Shown one piece after another: positions 9,448 to 17,903 of a stretch of 64,000 bases of DNA; within the stretch, counting starts at the first letter, position 1; every line of letters starts with the position of its first letter. The notes under the pieces were generated by a model, which saw nothing but the letters and a program-made list of their open reading frames with translations, ran no database searches and was not told where the DNA came from. A program made the position numbers and the translations under genes. Source of the DNA: Acidobacteriota bacterium (GTDB lineage: Bacteria > Acidobacteriota > Vicinamibacteria > Vicinamibacterales > CAVVIG01); NCBI GenBank assembly GCA_016195265.1, contig JACPZW010000073.1:4798-68797 (forward strand). The letters are read 5' to 3'.

Positions 9448-9968
9448 GGCTGAGGCTCGCGCAGCAGACGCCGCACCCACGGCCGCCGGTTCGCCCACGC
9501 GGCAACGACGCCGTGCGACCAGAACGCCGGCACGCCGGCGATCACCAGAAACGAGATCCACGTCGCCCACGTCGGCCAGCCCACCGGCTCGCCGAACGCG
9601 ACGACGAGCGCGACGTGAGTCACGGTCGCGACCACCACGGCCCAGGCGATCAACCGGACCTGCTCCGCGGCCGGCTGGGATCGAAATTCTCTCGCCGTCG
9701 GCTCGAGCCAGCCGCGCAGCGCCGACGACCGCCACGCCCGCGGCGGGACGTCGATCGCAGCGTCGATCAGGCGGACCAGCCGGCTGCCGGCGAGCACGTC
9801 GCGGACGCGGGCTTCTTCGTCTGGATCGATGGGCGTCGATCGCGCGCGGCCCGCGGCCGCATCCACGCGCTGTACCTGCGTGGCGACCTGCCGCGCGGCG
9901 CGGCCGAAGGTCTGCCACACGCCGGCAATCGCCCGGTACACGATGCTGGTTTTCAATACGTTCGGCAT
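9438..9968 (-). CDS. Hypothetical membrane protein (two C-terminal TM helices)
   Basis: 176-aa ORF with ATG start, 1 nt after the stop of 9970-10791. Non-shadow amino-acid composition. Hydrophobic segments VRLIAWAVVVATVTHVALVVAF and WATWISFLVIAGVPAFW. No family recognised. Confidence 0.55.
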   Translation of the reverse strand: MPNVLKTSIVYRAIAGVWQTFGRAARQVATQVQRVDAAAGRARSTPIDPDEEARVRDVLAGSRLVRLIDAAIDVPPRAWRSSALRGWLEPTAREFRSQPAAEQVRLIAWAVVVATVTHVALVVAFGEPVGWPTWATWISFLVIAGVPAFWSHGVVAAWANRRPWVRRLLREPQPWQ

Positions 9969-9969
9969 C

Positions 9970-10791
9970 TCACTTCCCTCCGCCGGCCGCGGCGGCAGAC
10001 GCCGCCGCCGGCAGTTCCGACACGCGCTCGATCACGCCGTAGATGCGGTAGCGCTCCGTCTCGAAGAGGAGTGTCTCGCCCGCGCGCAGCCACTCCCCTT
10101 TGTATTCCCAGCCGCCGAGCCCTCGCGTTTTCGCCGGGATGCGCACGGTGGCGTCGAAGGCGGCGCCCGGCATGTGCGCGTGCAGGGTGATAAAGGTGAC
10201 TGCGTCCTTGACCGGCCGCACGGGACCCATGGTCGCCAGTTCGCCCGGCGTCAGGACGCTGGCGCCGGCCTGCTCCCAGCGATCGCGATCGCCTTCCTTC
10301 ACGAACGGCGCCGTCTCGGGCGGCACGACGAATCGCACGACCGCTTCGACGGTCACGCGCGGCAGCGGCGCGAGCGTGAACGCCGCCTGGAACGACGCCA
10401 CCTCCTGCGCTTCGTCGTACAGATGGATGTCGTACGTGCCGGCGTCGGCGGCAGTCGGGAGCGCCAACTCGACTTCGTCCGGCGTGACGATCAGGAACGT
10501 CCCCTGCATCGCGTCCATCGGCAGGCGGCCGTTCAGGGAGTACGGCTCGCCGGTCTTCGCGATGAACGCGCCGAGGTACGGACGGAAGTGCTTGCCCGTG
10601 AGGCGCACGCGCCGCGGCGTCTCCGGCGTGAGCGTGCGCGGCGTGACGCTGAGAATTTCCGGGGGCGGAATGCGGAAGACCCGGTACGCGACGTAGCTCA
10701 TCGGCACGAGGACGATCACGAATGCCGCCACGGCGGCATCGACGAGATTGAGACGTCCGAGCAGTTTTCCGCGGGAGTCAATCAATGGCAT
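9970..10791 (-). CDS. Module III partner: membrane-anchored DUF4330-like / IPT-type protein, short form
   Basis: MPLIDSRGKLLGRLNLVDAAVAAFVIVLVPMSYVAYRVFRIPPPEILSVTPRTL...RLTGKHFRPYLGAFI...GTYDIHLYDE...GGWEYKGEWLRAGETLLFETERYRIYGVI. Start at ATG 10791; the upstream track start lies in repeat element B. Confidence 0.75.
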   Translation of the reverse strand: MPLIDSRGKLLGRLNLVDAAVAAFVIVLVPMSYVAYRVFRIPPPEILSVTPRTLTPETPRRVRLTGKHFRPYLGAFIAKTGEPYSLNGRLPMDAMQGTFLIVTPDEVELALPTAADAGTYDIHLYDEAQEVASFQAAFTLAPLPRVTVEAVVRFVVPPETAPFVKEGDRDRWEQAGASVLTPGELATMGPVRPVKDAVTFITLHAHMPGAAFDATVRIPAKTRGLGGWEYKGEWLRAGETLLFETERYRIYGVIERVSELPAAASAAAAGGGK

Positions 10792-10796
10792 AAGTT

Positions 10797-11130
10797 GGCC
10801 ACGAAGCCACGAAGTCACGAAGAAGAAGGGGAATAAGCCACAGAGATCACTGAGACACAGAGGCGCGCGACCAGATTCGGCGGTCGCCGCGAAGCGGCGA
10901 CACCGCCGGAATCGGGCCGAGACGCGAGCCGTGGACCGGCAAACGCTGGCTCGCGTCTCGGCCCGATCCGGCGGTGGTCGTCGGCCTGCACGGCAGGCCG
11001 ACCCGCCGAATCTCGGTGAGCGCGCGGCGATCGACTGGATTCACGCTCTTCCTCCGTGCCTCTGTGCCTCTGTGGCCCATTTCCCTCTGCGCCCTCCGTG
11101 GCCTCCGTGGCCTCCGTGGCCTCCGTGGCC
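10797..11130. repeat. Structured palindromic intergenic element, copy B
   Basis: Left flank (CCACGAAG)n + GCCACAGAGATCACTGAGACACAGAGG. Core 10872-11014: CAGATTCGGCGG/CCGCCGAATCT closing TCGCCGC-gaa-GCGGCGA, a ~29-bp stem and GTCGGCCTGC-acg-GCAGGCCGAC. Right flank CCTCCGTGCCTCTGTGCCTCTGTGGCC + (GGCCTCCGT)x4. Fills the gap between 11141-12460 and 9970-10791. Confidence 0.8.
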
Positions 11131-11140
11131 TCAGTTGGTT

Positions 11141-12460
11141 TCAATCCGGACGAGGCACGAGCGTGTTCAGCACGGACGTGAAGCCTGCGGCGCTCAGCAG
11201 GGCCAGGGCGGGGACGACCATGTCGCGATGACGGACGAGGGTGCCGATGTTGCCGCTGTTGGGCGCGATGACGGCGACGCCCGCGGCCACCGACGCGAGC
11301 AGGATCCACGTCACGAGCGGGTCGCGCCTGAATCCGGCCACGACGCCGGGGATTCCGAGCAGCACCAGCATGTACCACGCCATCTGCTGCGGCAGGTACG
11401 CGAGCCCCGACCGCGACTCGATCTGCCACGGCGCCGGCACAGTGAAAAACGCCACCGCCGCGCGGCCGAGAAAGCGGACGGCTTCGGCGGGCTCGAGCGT
11501 GCGGGCGATGCGCGACCCATAGGAATAGAAGCGCTGGTCGAGCACTTTGTACCCGTACCCGTTGCTCGCCACGTGCCCGATCTGGCGATCGGCCGCGGCC
11601 CGCACGACGCTCATGGCCTGCTCCTGGACGAACGGCCGCGAGACCACCGCGGCGCCGGCCGCAACGCAAAGCACGCCGCTCGTCACCGCGACCCACGACC
11701 GCCGCGTCAGCATCCACGCCAGGACGCCCGCGACCGCGCCGGACACGGCGACGTACACCGCCGCGGACCGCAGCGTCATGAGCGCGTAGCCCGTGGCCGC
11801 CGCGAGCATCGCTGCGGCGATGCGCGCCCGCCACGTCCGCGACCGCACGGCGCGGAGCGTGAACGCGACGAGAAACGCCGCCAGCGCGAACTGCATCGAC
11901 TCCTTGAGCATCGACACCGACCACGCGAACGTGGACGGCCAGAACAGCAGCCACGCGAGGCCGACGAGCGCCGCAGGCGGACCGAAGCTCTGCCGCGCGA
12001 TCCGGAAGAGCGCGATCGCCCCCGCGAGAAACGCGGCGATGCTGACGAAATTCAGCGCGTAGGGCGACGGCCCCGTGATCATCTGAATGGCGCCGAGGAT
12101 GTAGGAGTACGACGTCGCGCCGTACGGGTTGTACAGGATGTACTCGTACATCGGGCCGATTGGGACATCCAGCCAGATGTTGCGAATCCATCCCGCGCGC
12201 GCGATGGCGAACTGCGCGTCGGGAAAGTAAGTATTGAAATGCTGCGCCGGCGTCGTCGTCAGCAGCAGCGCGCCGACCGCCGCCACACGGAGCCCGGTCG
12301 CGGCGCCCAGCAGCCCGAAAACCCAGCGCCGCTCCCACGCATCGAGCCCTCGAGCGGCCCACCACCAGAGCAGCATCGCCACCAGCGCGAAGAGCACCGC
12401 GAGAGGCGAGACCGTGAACGCCACTCCCGCGAGCGCGCCGGCGGCACACCACATCAGCAT
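11141..12460 (-). CDS. Module III: polytopic membrane protein, uncharacterised GT-C-like family
   Basis: MLMWCAAGALAGVAFTVSPL...YFPDAQFAIARAGWIRN...GPSPYA...MLKESMQ...APNSGNIGTLVRHRDMVVPA. Start set at ATG 12460, 1 nt after the stop of 12462-13316. Confidence 0.8.
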   Translation of the reverse strand: MLMWCAAGALAGVAFTVSPLAVLFALVAMLLWWWAARGLDAWERRWVFGLLGAATGLRVAAVGALLLTTTPAQHFNTYFPDAQFAIARAGWIRNIWLDVPIGPMYEYILYNPYGATSYSYILGAIQMITGPSPYALNFVSIAAFLAGAIALFRIARQSFGPPAALVGLAWLLFWPSTFAWSVSMLKESMQFALAAFLVAFTLRAVRSRTWRARIAAAMLAAATGYALMTLRSAAVYVAVSGAVAGVLAWMLTRRSWVAVTSGVLCVAAGAAVVSRPFVQEQAMSVVRAAADRQIGHVASNGYGYKVLDQRFYSYGSRIARTLEPAEAVRFLGRAAVAFFTVPAPWQIESRSGLAYLPQQMAWYMLVLLGIPGVVAGFRRDPLVTWILLASVAAGVAVIAPNSGNIGTLVRHRDMVVPALALLSAAGFTSVLNTLVPRPD

Positions 12461-12461
12461 G

Positions 12462-13316
12462 TCAGTCGCGGCTCCCGGCCCGATCCTCGGGAGCGCGGCG
12501 CACCACGCTGACGCGCGTGATGAAACCATTCGCAACCCAGTCCGATGTCGCGAATGCGAACATCTCACCGGCGCGGACCGGGCGCGTGCCGTCGAGCCAG
12601 ACGCCGAGATTCTTCACGACGCCGACGCGCACGACCGCCTCGATCCGGATTTGCGGAGGCGAGACCGAGGCCCCCAAGATCCCCTCCGGCGAGACCCCGA
12701 AGCCAATCGGGCGGTGAGGCGCGGGCAGCCGCCGCAGTGAGATCACGGTCGCGGGTTCCGAGGCTCGTCTGGCGCTCGGGCCCAGGTCCACGTCGCCGAC
12801 GTGTATTAGAGATGCCACGGTCTCATCGACGTCGAACCGGATCGCGATCTCAAGGACGGCCTTCTCGACCGGCGCCTCTGGCGCATAGGCTTCCGGCGTC
12901 ACGACCGTGAAGGCCGACAGGCGCCTGGCGACTTCGCGGCCCTCGTCGTAGAGATAGAGATCGTACACGCCCGGTGCCATCTTGGGCAGTCGCAACTCGG
13001 CGACGGTCGGACGCTCGAGGAGAAACGCCGCCTCGTTGGGGTTTGTCGGCGGATCCACGAACGGGGGCGCCTGGCCAGCCGCCGCGACGTACGCGTGGAG
13101 ATAGGGACGCAGGTTGCGGCCTTCGAGACGAAGCACCTGATCGCCGCCGACGCGGACGGTTCCTGGATCGATCTTCACAATCTCTGGCGACGGCACGCGA
13201 AACACTCGGTAGGTGGCGAGGCCGACGGGCAATAAGAAAAGGATGACAAGCAGCGCCGAGGCGTCCACCAGGTTCACGCGCCCGAACAACCGGCCCTTGT
13301 CGTCGAGAATCGGCAT
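12462..13316 (-). CDS. Module IV partner 2: membrane-anchored DUF4330-like / IPT-type protein
   Basis: MPILDDKGRLFGRVNLVDASALLVILFLLPVGLATYRVFRVPSPEIVKIDPGTVRVGGDQVLRLEGRNLRPYLHAYV...GVYDLYLYDEGREV. TGATG junction with 13316-14167. Confidence 0.8.
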   Translation of the reverse strand: MPILDDKGRLFGRVNLVDASALLVILFLLPVGLATYRVFRVPSPEIVKIDPGTVRVGGDQVLRLEGRNLRPYLHAYVAAAGQAPPFVDPPTNPNEAAFLLERPTVAELRLPKMAPGVYDLYLYDEGREVARRLSAFTVVTPEAYAPEAPVEKAVLEIAIRFDVDETVASLIHVGDVDLGPSARRASEPATVISLRRLPAPHRPIGFGVSPEGILGASVSPPQIRIEAVVRVGVVKNLGVWLDGTRPVRAGEMFAFATSDWVANGFITRVSVVRRAPEDRAGSRD

Positions 13317-14167
13317 CAGCGTCGGGCCGTCCCGCGGGACACATCCGCAACGCGGGCGGTCCGCGTCACCATGCCCCGAAGCACGTAGGTCGGCGTCACA
13401 AACGTGAACAGCTCCCCCACCCGAATCGGGACGTTGTTATAACCCCACACGCCCTGGCGCTTCACGACGCCGAGGCGCACGACGGCGTCGTACCGGTGCA
13501 AGGCCGGCATCAGCGGCAGCGTCGTGCCGGTCGGAAGGATCGGTCGCAGTGTCTCCCCGGCCTCCGGCGCGGGCCGCCAGGACACCAGCGACGCCGCGAG
13601 CTGCATGGGCGTGTCGTTCGCCGGCTGATTGATGTCGGTGTCGCCCACGTGCACGGACGGCACGACATCGGCATCGACGGAGAACCGGACGTGGATGTCG
13701 AACGTCGCCACCTCATCGATCGGCGTGACCGGCGTCGGCACGGCGGGAGGCGTCAGCGCGAACGCGGACTCGCGATGAGCCACTTCGCGGCCCTCGTCGA
13801 ACAAATACAGATCGTACAGGCCGGCGCGCAAGCCGCGGGGCAGCTTCAATTCGATCGCGGTTGGTGTCGCGATCAAATAGTTCGCCCGCTGATCGTCGTG
13901 CAGATCCTCGGGCCACAGATGCGCTCCCGCCGGTGACACATACGCGCGCAGGAACGGCCTGAAGTGTTCGCCCGTCACGCGAACCTCGAGCGGACCGTCG
14001 GCGGCCAGCCTCGCGGGCGTGATCGTTGTCATGATCGGCGCCGGCACGCGCAACACCCGGTAGGCGACGAAGGCCATGGGGACGACGAGCAGCACGAACG
14101 CCACGGCCGCGGCGTCCATGACATTGAAGCGCCCCTTCACACGGCCGCGCACGTCACCACCGCCCAT
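13316..14167 (-). CDS. Module IV partner 1: membrane-anchored DUF4330-like / IPT-type protein
   Basis: MGGGDVRGRVKGRFNVMDAAAVAFVLLVVPMAFVAYRVLRVPAPIMTTITPARL...VRVTGEHFRPFLRAYV...GLYDLYLFDEGREV. Start directly abuts the stop of 14168-15523. Confidence 0.8.
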   Translation of the reverse strand: MGGGDVRGRVKGRFNVMDAAAVAFVLLVVPMAFVAYRVLRVPAPIMTTITPARLAADGPLEVRVTGEHFRPFLRAYVSPAGAHLWPEDLHDDQRANYLIATPTAIELKLPRGLRAGLYDLYLFDEGREVAHRESAFALTPPAVPTPVTPIDEVATFDIHVRFSVDADVVPSVHVGDTDINQPANDTPMQLAASLVSWRPAPEAGETLRPILPTGTTLPLMPALHRYDAVVRLGVVKRQGVWGYNNVPIRVGELFTFVTPTYVLRGMVTRTARVADVSRGTARR

Positions 14168-15523
14168 TCAGGCCCACACTCTTGCGGCGGGATACAGCCC
14201 GGCGGCGGCCAGCCACACGATGGCCGGCACGATCATGTCGCGATGGCGCACGAGTGTCCCGGTATTCCCGCTGTTCGGCGCGATGATCAACATGCCGGCG
14301 AAGACGAAGCCGACCAACATCGCGGTCACGAGCGCGTCGCGGCGCGCGGCCGCGGTGAAGCCGATCAGCGTCAGAAGGAGCAGCGCGTACCATGCGCACT
14401 GCTCCGGCAACATCGCCAGCCCGGACGCCGAGTCCAGCTGCCACGGGAGCGGCACGGTGAAGAAGGCGACCATCGACCTGAGCATGAACCGGATGCTCTC
14501 GTCGGTGGTGATCGTGTCCACCGAGCGCGGCCCTTCGGCATAAAAGCGGTCGTCGAGCAGCCGGAACGATCCGCCCGGTGTCTCAACGTGACCGAGGTGG
14601 CGGCCGGCGGCCAGTTGCACTTCCTGGCCGACGCGCGCGCGGACCGCCGTGTCCCTCGTCAGCAGCAGGACGGCGGCGACGGCTCCGCACACGACGAGAG
14701 CGGCGACCCACCACCGCAACGTAATCAGCCGCAGGGCCAGGCCGAGCGCGAGCCCCGCGGCAACGACCACAAGTCCGTCCGCGCGAAGCGTCGTCAGGAC
14801 GTACACGACGCCGCCGACGACGAGGGCGGCCTGGGCGCGTTCGGTCCAGCGCCGCCCGCGCAGAAGGGCGACGATCGACACGGTCAGCGCCGCCATCAGC
14901 AGGAGCTGCACCGCCTCACGCAGCGTCGACAGCGACCAGGCGAAGAGCGTGGGCCAGAACAAAAGGAGGATCAGCCCCGCGCCAGCAGGCCACGGACCAT
15001 ACGCGCGCCGAGCCAGCCGGAACAACAGCAGAGCCCCGCCGATAAAGCTCGCGACGCTGATGAGATTGATACCGTAGGGCGCGGCGCCGACGACGAGCTG
15101 GATCAACGCCAGAATCGTGTGGAACGAGGAGGCCCCGTAGGAGTTGTAAATCTGGCGGTACTGATCCGGAGAGATTGGCACGTGCCGCCAGTGGTTGAGA
15201 ATCCACCAGGAGCGCTCGGTCGCGAAGACCGCGTCAGGAAAGTACGCCCGGAACTGCTGGCGCAACGGGTCGGTCGCCACGAGCAGGGCCGCGATCGCCG
15301 CGACGCGCGCGACGATCGCAACAACGAGCGCCGACGTCACCCATCGCCGCTCACGGACGCCGAGGCCGCGCACGCCCCAGCGGCAGAGCGGCACGATGCC
15401 CAGAATGAACACGACCGTCAGCGGCGACCAGGTGTACGCGAGGCCGAGCGCCACGCCCGCGATCGCCGCGCGGCGCGCGAGACGTGTCAGCGCAGGATCT
15501 CCTCGACGTCGGGCGCGAGCCAT
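14168..15523 (-). CDS. Module IV: polytopic membrane protein, uncharacterised GT-C-like family
   Basis: ...IAGVALGLAYTWSPL...YFPDAVFATERSWWILN...GAAPYG...TLREAVQ...APNSGNTGTLVRHRDMIVPA. Start uncertain: ATG 15523 overlaps the upstream gene by 37 nt, and the track ORF runs to 15703. Confidence 0.75.
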   Translation of the reverse strand: MARARRRGDPALTRLARRAAIAGVALGLAYTWSPLTVVFILGIVPLCRWGVRGLGVRERRWVTSALVVAIVARVAAIAALLVATDPLRQQFRAYFPDAVFATERSWWILNHWRHVPISPDQYRQIYNSYGASSFHTILALIQLVVGAAPYGINLISVASFIGGALLLFRLARRAYGPWPAGAGLILLLFWPTLFAWSLSTLREAVQLLLMAALTVSIVALLRGRRWTERAQAALVVGGVVYVLTTLRADGLVVVAAGLALGLALRLITLRWWVAALVVCGAVAAVLLLTRDTAVRARVGQEVQLAAGRHLGHVETPGGSFRLLDDRFYAEGPRSVDTITTDESIRFMLRSMVAFFTVPLPWQLDSASGLAMLPEQCAWYALLLLTLIGFTAAARRDALVTAMLVGFVFAGMLIIAPNSGNTGTLVRHRDMIVPAIVWLAAAGLYPAARVWA

Positions 15524-16629
15524 TCGGCGACGAACTTGTTGCCGGCGGCCGTCAGGTGCATGCCGTCCCAGCACATCGCGCGATCGTGCAGATCGATCGT
15601 GAGCCCGGCGTTGCGGTAGCGGACGCGCGGATCGTTTCCGTATTCGGTCCGGATCATCTCGGCGACAGCTTCCTGCTGCTCGACGTGCGTGTCCGAAATC
15701 CACGGCTCTGTGACGACGAGCACGCGCTTGCCCTGCGCGAGCGCGATCGTGATGGCGGCCCGGAGCGACTGCAGGTAGGGCTGCCAGCTGTCCGGCTGCG
15801 GTCCCTTCACGGCGCCGCCGGTCTCGCCGGGTACGAGACGGCCGAGCTGGCGCTCGAGCGCCTGCGACACGCGCAGCGCCGCGTCGGCCGCTTCCGTCGC
15901 GTACTGATCGGAACGCTGCGGCGTGAACACGACCCGCCCCGGGTCGGCCGTCGCGAGCGTGTCTCTTCGGAGCCAGTTGGTCAGCGGAATAATCTGCAGG
16001 ATCGGCAGGTAGCCGGTCAGCCGGAACACGGCCGAGTCATGACGGAACACCTGCGTGTTCATGCCGAGATCGTTGTAGCCGCTGTAGAGGATCGCCACGT
16101 CGCTGTGGAGGTACTCGTAGTCCTTGAGCGTGTACTGGAACGAATACGCGCCCTCGGAATTCCATCCCAGGTTGGCGACGACGATCGGCGGCGCGTGACG
16201 CGCGTCCGCGCCGCGGTTGAGCGCGGCCTGCAGGTACGCGGGAATCGTCTCGTCCGCCGGCACGCCGTAGCCGAACGTGACGCTGCCGCCGAGCATTTCA
16301 ACGCGGCGCTCGCCCGCCTGCTTCCTGCCCAGCGCCGGCCCGCGATAACCCCAGACGTTGTACCCGCCCCCGCTGGCGTAGCGCTGGTGCATGTAGAGAT
16401 CGAGACCGGCGACCGACGCGAGCGTACCGATCGTCGAGAGCGCGATGGCGGCGAAGGCGAACGCGATCTTGCGGCCGGGGACGAGGTACCACGCCAGCGC
16501 GAGCAGCGTCAGTCCCAGCGTGCCGAGCCCGACGAGCCATCGTCCCTGCACGAGCAACGGAATGGCGGCGACGGCGAGCGCGCCGCCGGCGCCGAGCCAC
16601 GCGACGTGGCCGCGAGCCACGCGCGGCAT
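15487..16629 (-). CDS. Membrane-anchored SGNH/GDSL-like hydrolase or acyltransferase
   Basis: Two N-terminal hydrophobic helices, then WGYRGPA...VEMLGGSVTFGYGV (block I with GGS in place of GDS), NLGWNSEGAYSF, ILYSGYNDL (block III), CWDGMHLT (block V D-x-x-H). Start at ATG 16629. Confidence 0.7.
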   Translation of the reverse strand: MPRVARGHVAWLGAGGALAVAAIPLLVQGRWLVGLGTLGLTLLALAWYLVPGRKIAFAFAAIALSTIGTLASVAGLDLYMHQRYASGGGYNVWGYRGPALGRKQAGERRVEMLGGSVTFGYGVPADETIPAYLQAALNRGADARHAPPIVVANLGWNSEGAYSFQYTLKDYEYLHSDVAILYSGYNDLGMNTQVFRHDSAVFRLTGYLPILQIIPLTNWLRRDTLATADPGRVVFTPQRSDQYATEAADAALRVSQALERQLGRLVPGETGGAVKGPQPDSWQPYLQSLRAAITIALAQGKRVLVVTEPWISDTHVEQQEAVAEMIRTEYGNDPRVRYRNAGLTIDLHDRAMCWDGMHLTAAGNKFVAEWLAPDVEEILR

Positions 16630-16643
16630 CGGCGACTCTCCGG

Positions 16644-17828
16644 TCACCACGTCCACGCCCGCATAATCTCCGGCGCGAGATGTTCCGCGAGCTGCCGGTT
16701 GCCCTTCGCCGTCAGGTGGACGCCGTCGTAGCACAGCGCGGGATCGGCCAGATCAACCGCGCGGCCCATGTTGATGTAGTGGAGACGCGGTTCGGTCTTG
16801 TAGGCGACCGCGAGCATCTCGGCCAGGATGCGCTGCTGCTCGACGTGGAACTGCCAGCCTTCGATGACGGCGCCGGCCGTGCCGCCGCGCGTCGCCCGCG
16901 TCGCGTACGGTTCCGTGACGACAAACACTTGTTGATTCTTCGCAAGCGCATAATCCGCGGCGCGGCGGATCGATCCGCAGTAGTAGTCCCAGCGCTCGCC
17001 GCAGGTGCCGGGCGGAATCGGCGCCGCTGATTCACCCTCCGGCACGAGCTTGCCCAACTGGCGCTCGACGGCCTGCGTGATCCGCAGCGCGGTCTGCGCC
17101 GCCTCGGACGACGAGCGGTCCGCGATGTTCGGCTTGAAGACGACGCGGTTCAAGTCGCGGGTTTCGGACAGATCGCGGATGCGCAGCCAGTCGGCCAGCG
17201 GAATGATCGGCACGATGGGCAGATAACCCGTCACCCGGAACACGGCGGACTGATGGCGGAACACCTGCGTGTTGTGCAGCCAGTCGTTGTAGCCGCTGTA
17301 GAGAATCGCCGCGTCGGGTTTCAGGTAGTCGTAGTCCTTGAGCGTGAACAGGAACGAGTACGCGCCCTCGCTCTGCCACCCGAGATTCACGACGTTCACC
17401 GGCGTCTGCGGCCGCGCCGCCTGCAGCAGCGGCTGGAGGTTCGCGGGGATCGTTTCGTCGGACGCGACGCCGTACCCGAACGCCACGCTGCCGCCGAGCA
17501 TCACGATCCGGCGCTCGCCGGGTTGCTTCGCGCGGACCGCGGGTCCACGGTAGCCCCAGATGTTGTAGCCGCCGGTGCGCACGTAGCGCGCGTGCAGGTA
17601 GAGATCGACGGCGGCGACGAAGGCGACGGTCGCGACGCTCGACAGCAGGATCGCCGCGATGGCGAATGCGACCTGTCTTTTCCACGGCAGCCGAATCACC
17701 TGTGCGCCAGCAGCCAGCACCACGAACAGCGCCATCCACATCCAGCGCCCCTGCCAGAACGCGACCGCGCCCAGCGCCAGACATACGAGCGTCGCGATGG
17801 AGGACAGCGTGGTGAGCCGAGAACGCAT
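16644..17828 (-). CDS. Membrane-anchored SGNH/GDSL-like protein (paralogue of 15487-16629)
   Basis: IVMLGGSVAFGYGV, NLGWQSEGAYSF, ILYSGYNDW, CYDGVHLT. Start trimmed to ATG 17828 because the upstream codons lie in a REP hairpin. Confidence 0.7.
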   Translation of the reverse strand: MRSRLTTLSSIATLVCLALGAVAFWQGRWMWMALFVVLAAGAQVIRLPWKRQVAFAIAAILLSSVATVAFVAAVDLYLHARYVRTGGYNIWGYRGPAVRAKQPGERRIVMLGGSVAFGYGVASDETIPANLQPLLQAARPQTPVNVVNLGWQSEGAYSFLFTLKDYDYLKPDAAILYSGYNDWLHNTQVFRHQSAVFRVTGYLPIVPIIPLADWLRIRDLSETRDLNRVVFKPNIADRSSSEAAQTALRITQAVERQLGKLVPEGESAAPIPPGTCGERWDYYCGSIRRAADYALAKNQQVFVVTEPYATRATRGGTAGAVIEGWQFHVEQQRILAEMLAVAYKTEPRLHYINMGRAVDLADPALCYDGVHLTAKGNRQLAEHLAPEIMRAWTW

Positions 17829-17833
17829 GATGT

Positions 17834-17890
17834 GTAGGGCGGGTCCTTCTGGACCCGCCACTGTGCCGGGTCCGAAAGGACCCGGCCTAC
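17834..17890. repeat. REP-type hairpin pair (GTAGGGCGGGTCC-N4-GGACCCGCC ... GCCGGGTCC-N4-GGACCCGGCCTAC)
   Basis: Two 9-bp-stem hairpins in inverted orientation, lying in the spacer between 17904-19100 and 16644-17828. Confidence 0.85.
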
Positions 17891-17903
17891 GTCCGAGAAA
17901 TAC

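Noticed and set aside
11091-11130. (GGCCTCCGT)x4 nonamer repeat as an independent in-frame coding repeat.
   Set aside because: It lies in the spacer after the stop of 11141-12460 and forms the outer flank of structured element B. It is not inside any supported CDS.
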